DNA of 64,000 bases, taken from Phaeosaccion multiseriatum. Its lineage: Eukaryota > Protista > Ochrophyta, other classes. The notes under the pieces are model-generated. The model made no database searches. It was not told where the DNA came from and saw only the letters and a program-made list of their open reading frames with translations. Positions within the stretch are counted from its first letter, which is position 1. Each line of letters starts with the position of its first letter. Both the position numbers and the translations under genes were made by a program. Positions 26,369 through 40,400 of the stretch are shown here, in pieces. Where the stretch lies: assembly GCA_965112735.1 (NCBI GenBank), contig OZ218950.1:1-64000 (forward strand), given 5' to 3'.

Positions 26369-29300
26369 TCAGTTCCACGCCAGGGCTGAGCGCTGTCCCC
26401 AGTACTCTTCCGCGGTGAGAGGGCCCGCCGCCTCCAGCTCCGCCATCAGAGTCTGCAGCGGACTCTGCCCCCCCCCCTCTGGCGTGGCTGTTAAGCGGCC
26501 CTGCAGCCCGAGAGCCTCGCTATTGGAGCGCATGTGCTCAGGACATGCGGCTCCACTCAGCACCAAGGGCTCCCAGGGCTGAGCCATGACGGCGGCGAGG
26601 GCCAGAGCGTCGGGTGTAGTGCCGAGCTTCTTAGCCATTGCCGAGATGATACTGCTCTGGCGCAACGTGCGGCTCTCCACAGTCTGTGACGATGCCTCCT
26701 GAGAGGGGGTTGGAGGGGTTGGAGGGGTTGCAGCAGAGACCGTACAGTGCAACGTATGACTCACTGCGTCTCGGAGTGCTCAGCACATAGAGAGGGAGGG
26801 AAGGAGGGAAGGAGGGAGGGAGGGAGGGAGGCAGGGAGGGGAGGGAGAGAGACGACCGACGTACCGACTGCAGCATGCCCTCCTCAGCTCCTGGCAGGAG
26901 CAAGCGTCCGTTGGCCATGGCCTCTTTGACAATGACGGACATGCCCTTTGCCTTGGCCTCGGACAGTGCCGTCCCCACCGACTGCTCCAGCAGGTTGAAA
27001 GTGGCCTGACATGATGCAAGGTAAGGGAAAGTATCAGCACAGAGAGATTCCCGTCACGTGTGCAAGTTGGGCGATGGCACCAGATGGGCACACACGCCCC
27101 CATCCTCACTCACTGACCTGAACGGAGTCGAAGAGGGGCTCCGAGTCGGGGCCCGCGGTGCATTGCATGGCGGTCCTTAGCGTCTCCGCCTGGAGCACGG
27201 GGAAGAGGGGGGGGTGGGGACAGAGCCTTCAGACGGGCCCGCAAGGGAGGCGAAGAGAAGCGAAGCGGAGAGCGCAGAGAGAGAGAGGGAGGGAGAAAGA
27301 GAGAGAGAGAGCAGAGAGACAGGCACACACACAGAGGGGAGAGAGCAGCGAGGGAGCAGAGAAACAGACACACACAGAGCAGAGGCAGAAGAGAGAGACA
27401 CAGAGAGAGAGAGGGCAGAGAGAGGGCAGAGAGAGACGCATACACACAGAGAGGGCAGAGAGAGACACACAGAGAGAGAGACACACAAAGAGCAGAGAGA
27501 GAGACACAGACAGAGAGCAGAGAGAGAGAGACGCATACACAGAGAGGGCAGAGAGAGAAACACAGAGAGAGGGCAGAGAGAGACGCATACACAGAGAGAG
27601 AGGGCAGAGAGAGAAACACAGAGAGAGGGCAAAGAGAGACACAGAGAGAGAGCAGAGAGAGAGACACAGACAGAGAGCAGAGAGAGAGAGACGCATACAC
27701 AGAGAGAGAGGGCAGAGAGACACAAAGAGAGGGCAGAGAGAGGGCAGAGAGAGACGCATACACAGAGAGAGGGCAGAGAGAGACACACAGAGAGAGAGAG
27801 ACACAGAGAGAGGGCAGAGAGAGAGACGCATACACAGAGAGAGCAGAGAGAGACGCATACACAGAGAGCAGAGAGAGAGACACAGAGAGAGGGCAGAGAG
27901 AGAGAGACACAGAGAGAGAGCAGAGAGAGAGACACAGACAGAGAGCAGAGAGAGAGACACAGAGAGAGAGCAGAGAGACACAGACAGAGAGCAGAGAGAG
28001 AGACACAGAGAGAGAGCAGAGAGAGAGACACAGACAGAGAGCAGAGAGAGAGACGCATACACAGAGAGAGGGCAGAGAGAGACGCATACACAGAGAGAGG
28101 GCAGAGAGAGACGCATACACAGAGAGAGAGACACACAGAGACGCATACACATACACAGAGAGAGGGCAGAGAGAGACTCATACACAGAAAGAGGGCAGAG
28201 AGAGACACAGACAGAGAGCAGAGAGAGAGAGACGCATACACAGAGAGAGGGCAGAGAGAGACGCATACACAGAGAGCAGAGAGAGAGACACAGAGAGAGG
28301 GCAGAGAGAGAGACACAGAGAGAGAGCAGAGAGAGAGACACAGACAGAGAGCAGAGAGAGAGAGACACAGAGAGAGAGCAGAGAGAGAGACACAGACAGA
28401 GAGCAGAGAGAGAGAGACGCATACACAGAGAGAGGGGGCAGAGAGACACGCATACACAGAGAGAGGGCAGAGAGAGACACAGAGAGAGGGCAGAGAGAGA
28501 CACACACAGAGAGAGGGCAGAGAGAGACGCATACACAGAGAGAGGGCAGAGAGAGACACAGACAGAGAGCAGAGAGAGACGCATACACAGAGAGAGAGCA
28601 GAGAGAGAGAGACACAGAGAGAGAGCAGAGAGAGAGAGACACAGAGAGAGAGGGCAGAGAGAGACACACAGAGAGAGGGCAGAGAGAGACGCATACACAG
28701 AGAGAGAGCAGAGAGAGACGCATACACAGAGAGAGGGCAGAGAGAGACGCATACACAGAGAGCAGAGAGAGACGCATACACAGAGAGAGGGCAGAGAGAG
28801 AGACGCATACACAGAGAGAGGGCAGAGAGAGAAGAGACACACACATAGAGAGAGAGCAGACAGACAGGCACACACACAGAGCAGAGCGAGCAGAGAGACA
28901 CACAGAGAGAGAGAGCAGCGGGGGAGCAGAGAGGGGGCAGAGAGAGGCACACACATACATATACAACAGAGAGAGAGAGGCACACACAGAGGGGAGAGAG
29001 GGCACAGAGAGACTCACACACACACAGAGCGAGAGAGAGAGAGAGCAGAGATAGAAGATGGATGTTTGTGGGGTGCCCCTCCGACCCCGCATTGTGAAGG
29101 AAAGCCCCCCCCCCGGTACCTGCTTGACACACTAAGGCTCAGTAACGTACCTGCTTGACACCGCTGAGGCTTAGCCCCACTTTCCAGCCCCGTTCCTTCT
29201 TCAGGGCAAAGAGGCGGTCCAGCACCTGGAAGGTGTATGGGTGAGGCAGATGGACCAGGTGGTCAGTACATCGAGGGGGTCGACATTCAGCAGCAGGGTG

Positions 29301-30458
29301 AGGAGCGAGTTTGGGAAATACGTTCAGGATGTGCAGGAACAGCAAGTGGGGCTCCGAGGCCAGACAGGCAAGTGGGTGTGAAGACAGTAGCAATCACCAG
29401 AAACGAGCATGAGCAGCATCATCATCATCATCATCATCAACATGTCAGCGATCTTGTGAGAGCATTGGAGTGGGCTGAGAGGGGCTGAGCAAAGGTGTAG
29501 TAGTATGGCAACTCGTCTACGTGAGGCTAACCACTAAACACACCTCTTGATTGGTGAGCACTCCGCTGTCCAGGGTGGCGCTATGTATCTGGTACATGTT
29601 CAAGAAGCCCCCAAGGAACTGCTGCGTCTCCTGCTGCTGGCTCAGGAGGTGCTGCAGACTGTGGTCCTTGACCTCATGCGGCGCGTCTCCGTTGTCGATC
29701 CTCCACTCCGCCGTGTACCTGTGCGGTCAGGTGAGGAGGGGCGCAAGAACAAACGGCAGCGCTGAGTCAGACGTGGTGACGTCTCAGGTACCCAACCCAC
29801 ACACAAGGACGTGCCGACTTGACTCATCTTACCGATAGCCCCACTTGCTGCCCACCACGACGTCGTCCCTGCCGATGCCCCTGTCCTGCAGCCATGCGCT
29901 CAGGAACTCCTCGCTCTTGCCGTAGCTTCTCGCGCAGTCAAAGTAGCGAACTCCACTCTGTTGGAGGTAAAGACATGAGAGAGAGCACGAGCACACACTC
30001 AGTGTCAGCGTCAGAGCCTCGCCACCCAGACCCTTCCTCCGTGAGTGCTTACTTACCTCCCACGCGCTGTCCAGCACCTTAAAGGCGTGTGCCCTCATCT
30101 CCTCAACGCTACTCCCTCCCAGCTGCTCGTGATGCCCCAAGTTGATGTAGCCTGGTCTTCCTATCGCCGCAAGGCCGAGGCCAAGCTTCGGGACGCCGTC
30201 CACCCCAAGGAAGGCAGTGCAGCTCTCACTCGCTACAGTCGCGTCTCGCCCTGCCGGTGCCGCGCTCGAAGACATTGGCAGGGCTATGAGTCGTCTGCGT
30301 GGTCTCACTGGCCTCCTGGCAGCTTTTGCTGAGGAAGCTACTCCTGGTGAAATTAAAGGTGAAGGTGGCGTGCTGGAGGAAAAGAAGGAGAGGACAGGAC
30401 GTATGCACAGCGACCCACTTAACGCGACGCTGCTAAAGAGAGCTCGAGGAATCTTCAT
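26369..30458 (-). CDS. Aldo/keto reductase family protein; 7 exons
   Basis: LGLGLAAIGRPGYINLGH, GVRYFDCARSYGKSEEFL, VGSKWGY, YQIHSATLDSGVL, VQATFNLLE, VIVKEAMANGRL and VLSGA. The GT-AG junctions keep the frame. An alternative start at ~30275 is possible. Confidence 0.92.
27275..29052. repeat. ~1.8-kb compound GA/CA microsatellite filling an AKR intron
   Basis: Modules such as GAGAGAGACGCATACACAGAGAGAGGGCA and GAGAGACACAGACAGAGAGCA are reiterated inside the intron 27190-29150. Confidence 0.95.
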
Positions 30459-30974
30459 GCGAGGATGCGCTATAAAGGGAAGGCCATGTGCATTCAGGAA
30501 GGAAGGAAGGACTCGTGGAGGGGAGCAGGATTTTCGAGATGGATAGTCGTCACCAAATCACCAACCGCTGTGCTTTCGTTTCAATTTCGATCAATTCTGC
30601 TCATCGCGCTCTTGTGCCCATCTCATCAATCAGGTCGGTTTTTCTCAATTTTTTCAAATTTAACACCCCCACATGACAGTGGCCGGCCGCGTGGACCAAC
30701 AGTACTCCTCGTCTTGAGGCTAGATAAGAGAACCGCCTGAAACGCATCGGATTTACAATTTGATTTCAACCCCACCCACTTGTACATTCTTGATAAATAA
30801 CGTATGGCTAAGCTATGGACCTATCTATCCTGTTGCCCTATCTAGTTACACTGCTCTACGCGTGTCACAGCACGGACATAGAGCGCCTCCAAGGTGAAGC
30901 CTTCCTTGGGTGCTCTCCTTGGGTGCTCTGCCTCCCTCCCGCCGGTCCTGACACGGAGTGCATTCGTCGCCCCG

Positions 30975-33900
30975 TCAGAGGTCGTCCTCGTCCTCGTCCT
31001 CGTCTTCGCTGGAGTATCCGAAGTAGTCCAGAGAGCCCTGCCCCTGCATAATGCGCGCGATCCGTGCGGTTTCCAGGTCGGCGAAGCGAGGCAACTGCAG
31101 TGCCCGGCCCGGGGGGGGCGGGGCGGCGGCAGAGCGGCCCTGTTGCTTGGGCTTGGGCTCTGCCCGGGGAAGGGAAGTGGGGAGGTGCGCCGCATGGGAG
31201 TCCGGCAAGGGGTGGCTGCGGCGTGGGTCCTGGCCTAGCTGGTTGTAGAACGTGCTAAGAGGAGGGGGTGGGGGAGGGTGGCCATCTCCTCGCAAAGGGT
31301 CGGGAGGAGTGGTGTCGGTGCCGCTTACAGCTCGACTGTCGTCCCTTTGACTGTCGATTCCACCGACGGCGGCACCACCGCTGCTTGGGGGCCTTACCGC
31401 TTGCTTCGCTTCCTGCTGCTGCTGCCGGCGCTGCCATTGGGAGACCAAACACGCGTCGTCGCCAACCACGGGGGGATACACGTGGTCATGCACATGGTCA
31501 TGGTCGTGGAAGTGCAGCACCTGCTTGCCCTGGATGCTGAGGCGCAGGTCGACATGGCATGAAGTGCCTTCCCCCCGTGCCCCAGCGCCTCTCCAGCCAT
31601 CAGCAGCAGCAAGAGGAGCGGAGTCCTTCTGCTCACCGCTGCGCTCGCTGTCGACAAGGGCGGCTCCTTCCGCTTCTCCTCCCCCTCCTCCCGTTTCTGG
31701 TGGCGGTGATGAAGCTGCTGCAACACCAGCTGTGGCTGTCTCCTCCTCCTCCACGTCGTCGTCGTCCTCCCTATCCCCTACTCCCACCTCCTGCTGCTGT
31801 CCCTGCTCCTGCTCCTTCTCTCGGATCCGCAGCCGCGCTTCGTCGTCCTCCTCCTCCTCCTTCCCCCTTCCATCAGTCTGTTGAAGAGGTTCCTCCTCCT
31901 CCGCGTCTGCCTCCTCCTCCTCCACCACCACCTCCTCTGCCTCCTCCTCCACCACCACCTCCTCCCCCTCCTCTACCTCCTCCTCTACCTCCTCCTCCTC
32001 CACCACCACCACCACCACCCCCTCCTCCTCCACCACCTCCTTCTCTTTTTTATCCTCCACCACCTCCTCCTCTTTCTCCTCCTCCTCCTCCTCCTCCTCC
32101 TCCTCCTCCTCCTCCTCCTCCTCCTCCTCCTCCTCCTCCTCCTCCTCCTTCTGCACCTCTTCCTCTGCCTGTACCTCCTCGTCTACCTCCTCAGCCTGCC
32201 CCTCCTCGCCCGTCCTCCCTGTACCTTCCCCATCATCACTCTCTTCGCCTTTCCGTCTCTCAGTGGGCACTCCTGCCATCTTCGCCTCCACACGTCCGGT
32301 CAAGTCGATCAACTTACACGTCAGTCGAGCCTGCGCGCACGGGGGGGGAGATGAACAGATGAACAAGAAAGGGAGCAAGCGGAGGCTGAGTCAAACTCAC
32401 TGACACACTATAGTTACAGTTACACCACAGGTACACGGACAGGGGATCGACACCACAAGCACACCGGGTACACCAAAGTGCACGTCCGCTGCCTTCCTCC
32501 TCACCTTGAAGCCTCTCCACTGGGCCTGCAGAATCACCGCCGCTTTCGTCTGCACCACCGCCCAGTCCATCTCCTCGCCTTGTGGAGCACACTCCTCGCT
32601 GTGACGTGACTCACTCTGCCGATCCTCTTCGACCTCCTCCCTCTCCAGGCCTTCCTCCCTCTCCAGGCCCTCCTGCTGCTCCTTGTCCTCCTTCTGTTGT
32701 TCCGTCCCCTCCTCCTCCTTCTCCTCCTTCTCCTCCTTCTCCTCCTTTCTCTCCTCCTCCTCCTCCTCCTCCTCCTCCTCCTCCTCCTCCTCCTCCTCCT
32801 CCTCCTCCTCCTCCTCCTCCTCCTCCTCCTCCTCCTCCTCCTCCTCGGCCCCCCCTTCCTTCCCCTCCTCGGTGCCCACCCCCCGGGTTGGCGTTGCAGG
32901 CGTCCCCCCCAGGGCCCCAAGCCTCAAGTTCACCTCTGTGAGCCCCCTCATCGCCGCGCGCAGCTCGTCGAATCCTGAGCCAACTTTGCCGCCTGTGGCT
33001 GAGTGTCCTCCTCCTCCTCCTCCTCCTCCTCCTCCTCCTCCTCCTCCTCCTCCTCCTCCGCCTCCTCCTCCTCCTCCTCCTCCTCCTCCTCCTCCTCCTC
33101 CTCCCCCTCCTCCTCCTCCTCCTCCCTCTACATCCGCTTGGCTTTCTCCACTACGATCGTGCGCCTGGCGGCCCACTGTAACTGTAGCTGTAGCTGTAGC
33201 CATCGCAGCAGCGTCAGCAGCATGAAGTGAGCTCTCCTCGCCAGGGGAAGCACCGAAAGACGACAGCGAGGAGGAGGAGGAGGAGGAGGCGGCGGCAGCG
33301 GCAGTGGTGGGAAGTACCCACGCGCTCTTCCTCGGCCTGACCCTGACCTTGAGCTGACCCTGGGGACGCCTTAGCTCGTCTAGCACGTGGTACCATCCGT
33401 CGATCTCCTCCAGCCCCACGGCGGCTTTGTTGCCCCGCCGCATCGTCATCACGCTCGCCCGCAAGCCCCGGCCTCTGCTGCCACTCTCTTTGGCGGCATC
33501 CAAAGCGCCAACAGCGGCACCACCCCCATCGCTGTCGCCATCTGAAGCGCAGGATATATACAGCGAGGAGAGCCCGACCACTGCGGCTCCGATGAGCTTG
33601 TCCCCAAGACGCACCCCTGTAGCTGTAGCGGCTCCGTGGGCACTCGTTGAGGAGTCTACCGAGGCGGAGAGGCTCCCAGTGCCAGGCTCTGGTGGGAGGG
33701 AGGGAGGGAGGGAGGGAGGGAGGGGTAAAGGCCATGAGGGAGGGGCGATGAGAGAGACACACAAAGAGGCGAAGAGGACGGATGGAAACACTGCCGACCC
33801 AGACACATAAATGGACGAGAAGCCTGGCAGTGCTCGAGCCAAAGCGCCTTCTCCTCTCCCTCCTCTCCCTCCTCTCCCTCCTCTCCATCCTCCTTCTCGC

Positions 33901-34163
33901 CTTCCTCCTCACCGTTGCTGACAGCACCCGGCTGCTGCACCACTGGCTGCTGCTGGCCGGGCTCTGCGCTGCCGAGGAGTCCGTCCCACCACGCGCATCT
34001 CGACCTCCGCCACACCCGGAACACGAGCGCTGCCTCCGGAGAGCAGAACGTGCGCCACCCCAGCTCGGAGTCCTCCAGCCTCACCTCTGCGGCACACACA
34101 TGAGCAGGGACGGGGGGGGGCAGCACAAGACTTCAGCGACCACGACACATGCAGCAAAGGCCT

Positions 34164-34207
<44 letters not shown>

Positions 34208-35990
34208 CACACACACATGCACACACACATGCACACAGACAGGCAGGGCCCGTTATCCGCCACGCGGCCACCGCAGGACAAAGCCAAGCAAAAGCAAAGG
34301 CAGGCAAATAGAGAAAGCGACAAAGAGAAGCCGGCCTTACGTGTGGCCTTACCTGTGGTGTGTGCGTACACGGGGTTGCACGAACCCTCCACAGTGGAGG
34401 TCGTCGCACAGGCGTGCTCTCCTAGGGCCTCCGCCACTCCTTCTCCTCCTCCTCGCCCCACCCCCTCCCTTCCCTCCCCCTGCTGCCCCACTCGCAGCGC
34501 GAAGGGCGCTCTCATCGGAGCCCTTCCGTTGAGCTCCCACGCCCACGTCACGTAGGTGCTGGGCAGGGACTCACCTCCCCTGCCGCCACCGCCGGCACTG
34601 CCTCCGGTTGGAGTGCGCGCTGTTTCTGGAGAAGCAGCATCCCCGATAGAGGCGTCGAAGGCGGTGACGCACGTGCTGCTCTCTGACAAGGCCGGGGAAG
34701 GCGAAGAGCACGACGACGACGACGACGCGGAGCGCCCCTCCTTTCCCCCGATGGCAGCGGACGGTAAGTGCATGGCCTGCTCTACAGTCACCTCAACCAC
34801 CGCAGCGGCGTTGGCCCTGCCCGCCCCCCACTCTCCTTCCTCTTCCTCCCCTTGTTCCACCAGCGGCACTGCCGGAGGAGGGGACAGCTGCGGCTGCTGG
34901 TGGTGCTGCTGCTGCTGAGCGCCTTGCTCCACGCCGACTTCTCCTGCTGTATCTCCAACTGCTGCTGTATCATTAACTGCTGTTGCTGCTTGTGGCGGTG
35001 GCCGTGAAGTTCGGAGGCCTCTCCTCGTGGAGGCCTCGGCCAGGGCTAGGTGCGGGCCCAAGTCCCCCCAGCCCCCCCTGGGGCTGTCCCCCCCGGGAAT
35101 GTCGAGGCGCAGTGGGCTCCTCGGAGAAGCGGGCGGCGCGGGAGGAGCTCCGTCGCCGTCCGCCAGGAACACCTGCAGGGCCACCCGTCCAATTACTTCC
35201 CTGGGGGGCGCAGCTGCACCCGTTGGTGATATAGCGGCTGCGGTAATGTCCACCCAGCCCCCGAGCCCGTTCGTGGCTGTGAGGAGCCCTTCGAGCTCCA
35301 CAACCGCAGAGCCCACCGGGGAACCGCTCGCTGCTGCCCCACGGCCTGCGTACACTTTGAGCGTCATGCTCTCTCGCCTCACAAACTCCTTGAAGCCCGA
35401 GTCCAGCACAATGGGTATCCGCTCCACCCAAGGAGCCGCACTTGCCCCCTGTGTGGGGGTCCACCCTCCCACCCACTCTTGCTGCATGCCCCCTTCATCA
35501 GACACGCGTGAGAGGGTCGATCTCGCCCGAGCGCGAAACTCTCTGCCTTGCTCAGGAACTGCGTCTGCCCCCAATTTCCTGGGCGCGTGCAATGCTGCAG
35601 GTGCTGTGGTTGCTGCTGCCTCCTCCTCCTCCTCCTCCTCCTCCTCCTCCTCCTCCTCCTCGCCCCCCTCTCCATAGAAGGTGTAGGCCGCCTCCAACTG
35701 CAGAGTGTCGCTGCCGTCCCTTTCTCCCACTTCGTCCCCCCCTCCTACGAGGCCTTCTCTCGCCGCATGGGAGCCCGGAAACCGGAAGAAACGCACCTCT
35801 CCCACTCGTACACAAACAACAGCCCTGGCCGGTGGGGGCACTTGAAGATGATGCTCGCTGTCGCCTTCGCTGTCCCCTCCTCCTCCCGTCGACAGCTCTT
35901 GATCGAGCCCTTCGTCCCCCTCCTTCTTTTCGGCGAGTTTGCCGCTTCGAAGGGGCTCAATTGCCTGCGAGTTGGTGGTTGTTACTGCTG

Positions 35991-36021
<31 letters not shown>

Positions 36022-37371
36022 GGCTGCTGATTCCGCTGCGCGCAGTCTGCGGCTCCTCCTCCTCTTGCTCATAGACACGGCGAGGGGCTCACGGCGATAC
36101 GACACCATCAGAGGCAGCACCGCGGGGAGGGGGAAGGCCGCAACACCCCCTTCCACGGCTTGAACAGGCAGCTCCATGACCTTGGGCCCCTTCAACAAGC
36201 TCCCGCTGGTCAGCTCCTCGACCTGGCGCCTCATGAGCACCGCCTGCCCCGCAACGGGCCTCCCTTGGACGGGCGTGTCCAGGGCAGCCTCCTCCACCCC
36301 TTCCTTACTCCAGTGCAGCGTGAAGACCACGGCATCAGCAGCATCATCAGTTGGTGATACGGCAGTGGCCCCTCCACTCCCGCCGCACAGAGCAGCGACC
36401 ATGTCCTGCCCTCCCTCCCCGCGGCCCTCCAGCATGTGACGGTTTCGAGTGTTGAGAATGGCGCTGTCTGCGTCCCACCACAGCTGTTGCACCGTCCCTG
36501 CCGCCTGCTCACCCTCCTCACCCTCCCCACCAGGGGCCGTTCCACTTGGACCATCTACTCCTGCTCCTACTCCTCCCAAGCGAATGCGATACACCACAGA
36601 GCAGCCGATGGGTGGCTCTGGGGCACTGTCTTCGATGCCCCCTCCTCCATAAGCATCTTCGGGGATGGGAAGCTCTCCCCGCACAGAAAACTCGATCACG
36701 TGCTTCACCGGCGGCAGCTCCTCCTCCTCCTCCTCCTCCTCCTCCTCCTCCTCCTCCTCCTCCTCTGCATGCTCGCCCTGCTCCTGCTGGCCGCCCTCGC
36801 CCCCCTCTGCTGCCCTCCCCTGCCACCACGGAACATCCATGTCCTCTTCCTCCCGCTGCCGCTGCTCCTGCTGCTCCTGGTGCTGCATCTGCTGCCTCTG
36901 CTGCAGGCGCGTGCGTGTCACGAGACGGCCAATGACTTGCAGGGCACGCTCTTTCCGGAGGGTCTCGATCTCCGCTCTCGTGCCCGCCGCTACGCAAACG
37001 TCGAGCTTGCCCTGCGTTGCGCCAGAGAACGGGTCTGTGACGCTCACCTTCCCATCCCACGCCACCACCGGCAACCTTCGACTGCCATCGGCGGCAGTCA
37101 AGGCAGGCCCACGCAAGCCTCGAAGGCCTTTGAGAGGGACTCTCGCGAAGCCCAGCAGCAGGTCCTCCAAGCCCCCACTCAAGGAACTACTCAAGTCTTC
37201 CCCGCTGCTCTTTGGGCTACTGAGCTGTGGGCTGTTGAGCTGCACCCACACCTCCATCACCAAGTGGCCTGCCTCCCACTGCTGTCGAGCCGCCTCGCCG
37301 CAGGGCACCAGCAGCACTCTGGTGTCGACAACGGTCAAGCTCAGCTCCTCCTTCTCAGCGGGGGCCGCACC

Positions 37372-37403
<32 letters not shown>

Positions 37404-40400
37404 CACCACTGGCCTGACTCCGCCGAAGCCTTGCTCTCCTCTTGTCTGCTTCACTAAACACAACGACGGCCTCGTGGCGGACGGCGACAGTCTTCTGCTG
37501 CTCGGCTCCTCCTCCTCCTCCTCCTCCTCCTCCTCCTCCGCCTCCCCCTGTCCCTAGCTCATTGGCGCAGTAAGCAACCCGCAGACCGCGCACAGAATCC
37601 AAGTTGCCCGCAAGCAGCGCCGCCCGCACAGAGGGAGGGAGGTGCCGGGCAGCGGCGCCAGCAGCTCTCAGGATCCTCCACAGATCCACTTCGCTCACAG
37701 AGCCGATGCGGACGAGAAGGTGCGTCCCTTCGACTGCGCCGACCTGGGCGCCTTCTTCCTCCTCCCCCTTCTCCTCCTCCTCCTCCTCCTCCTCCTCCTC
37801 CTCCTCCTCCTCCTCCTCCTGCTCCTGCTCCTCCTCCTCCTTCTCCGCATCACCATGATCATACGAGGCAAAGTCCTCTCCTCGCTCAGCTTCCTTCGCT
37901 TCGCTCATCCCGTCGTGCGGTGGCGACTGCCCCCCCTCCCTGCCCGCACCGGCCCAGTACTCGTGGTCTCTCCTTCGAATGCCATCCCCCCCGTCCCTCC
38001 CGTCCCTCCCGTCCCTCCCGCCGCCTCCATCGAATGCAACCCGAGCTCCCTTGGTGTTGGTGGTGCTGTCCGCGTCTACCTCTGCCGAGAGCCTCCCCTC
38101 CCCCCCCCCTCTCGTCTCTGATGCCGTAATCGTCTCCTCGGGTAGAGCCGCCGCTGCAGGCACCGTCCCCTCCCCCCCCATCAACTCAGTGCTCAGCACC
38201 AGCGCCCCGATGGCCCTCTCCCCGAGTACGAATGTCTTGGACGCCCTGGACGTGCGGTAGGGGTTGTTCCTTCCCGCCAAGACAGGTGCTCGCTTGCTGG
38301 AGGCTTCCGCCGCCGCCCGGCTGCGTGCTGCCCAAAAGTCCACAACCTGTGGAATATACCACATGACATGGAAAGACACCAGTGTTGGTGTACATCACAC
38401 CCAAAGGGGGCGGTAATAATAGTAATAGGCTACGGAGGGAGACAACAGAGAACGGTGGAGAGATGGAGAGAGGAAGAGCAGAGAACAAAGATCGGCGGAG
38501 GGATACGAGAGAGATTAGAGGCCCAGACATGGCCCTCCCTCACCTCTTTGAACTCGAGGGTGCTGGCCAAGGCGAGGTCTGGCGAGAGGAGCAGGTCCTT
38601 TAGAGGAAGCTTGGCCACCGCCACCACCCGCTCCTCGCGGCCCACGAGAGGAAGGGTCAGGGTCTGGGACCCCACAGATGACGAAGAAGACGCGTCTCTG
38701 ACCCTCCTGCCTGTGGCGGCGCTGATGGGCCTGCTGGCGCTCCCAGAGGGTAGACCTTTCGCCGAGCTGCCGTCCACGAGCAGGAACTCCACGCAGCGCT
38801 CCCCGTCGGTCCACTGCTGCACGGTGCCGTCCGTCACGGTGAGGCCGCAGTCGAGCTCCTCCATCAGGGCCGTCTCTCCCACCACGAGATCTGCGGCACC
38901 AAAGCCCCTTCGAAGTCGGAGCGAAGACGACGCAGAGGGAGAGGACTGCTCCCGCCGCCCGTCAGCCCCTCGGCCTCTGCCTCTGCCTCTGCCTCTAGCT
39001 CCACCCCTACTGCTGTTGCTTGCTCGTCCTCCGCGCGCCCCTGCAGAGGAGGACGTGTGGGTGTGTGCGTGGACAGGCACGGGCAGGCCGATCCTCCCAT
39101 GGGAGGCCGTGAGACCGCCTCTCCGCCCCCCCCCGGGGCCAGGGGCGAGGACGGACGGCGGCAAGCGAAAGCGTATCTGAAGCGGTGCCGGAGTGAAGCA
39201 AAGCCAAAGAGCCGAGGTTGGGGGGGAGGTGCGGGAATCAGTGACGGACGCACAGCGCCGCTGGAGAGCGAGAGAGCTGAAACTGCGCATTGGGCGAAGC
39301 GAAGCGTAAGGGGAGCACTGCAGCCGTTGCCCGCCCAAAGTGACAGACACAACGAAAGAGAAGGCCCAAAGTGACAGACACAGAGCCAAAGAGAAGGCCC
39401 AAGTGACAGACACAGAGCCAAAGAGAGGGTCCAAAGTGACAGACACAGAACCAAAGACAGAGAAGGGGCTCTGCTCGCCTCGCTTCAGTCTATACACCAC
39501 AAACCATACAAGCAGGTAGCCGACAGCGCACCAGAAACGATAGCTGCTCTCTCCTCACTCTCTCACTCACTCACTCACCTGCCAGCCAAAGCCTTCGGGG
39601 GAAGCCGTGAGGTTGCCGAACATGATGAGTCTGTGCAGCCGCAGTCGCAGGAAGCACACCTTGGCCAGCGCGTCTCCGCGTTGCCTCTCCAGCGTCGCCA
39701 GCGTGGGGAAGGCGAGCAGGCTGGGGGGAGGCCCTGCCGCCCGCAGTACGTGTTCCAAGTGAGACATGTTTCCGCCTCGGAATAGTCCCCCCCCGCCCCC
39801 GTCCTCACGCGGAGACCCTCCCCCTCCCCTCGCCCCTCCACCGTTTCGCCCTCCCGTCTCCCCCTCCCCCTCCTCGTCTGAGAGCATGTCGTGGATGGCC
39901 TGGAGCTCCCCTGCAGCGGCAAGGCGCACCGCCGCAGACACATCGCCAGACAGAGAGAGCGGCACGAGAGCGGCAGCGGCACTGCTTGGGGCAGGGGCAG
40001 CCACATGGGCAGGAGCGGCCAGCGTAGACACGGCCGGGTCGCCGAACGAGACTTGTCCTCCTGCTGCTGTTGCTGATTCTGCTTCTATGCCGGGAAAGGC
40101 CATGACGAGAAGAGGACATGCACACAGGAGATTGAGATAGTCGAAAGGACATGAGGAGGTACTCGGGGGGGGGCGGGGGCGGACACAAGCTCCACTCGGA
40201 AGCATACAATGACTCTGCAAACATCTGTGGCCGGCATGCACAGGGGTTTCGTAGTCCCTCCACTGCCATCCCCCCCCCCCACCTAACCCAGTGCCTCAGC
40301 GGCCCACCCACCTGTGCCCCTGATGCCCTCCAGGGACGAGCTAACAGTAGCAGCCTTGTCCACGGCCTTGTCCATCTGCCTCCTGAGCTGCTCGCCCTGC

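Noticed and set aside
27110-29158. 500-660 aa ORFs on both strands
   Set aside because: Artefacts of a stop-free GA/CA microsatellite inside an AKR intron.
23690-37830. Long poly-E, poly-Q and poly-G tracts as a special system
   Set aside because: Ordinary (GAG)n/(CAG)n/(GGA)n microsatellite expansion in disordered linkers, matching the repeat richness of the whole window.
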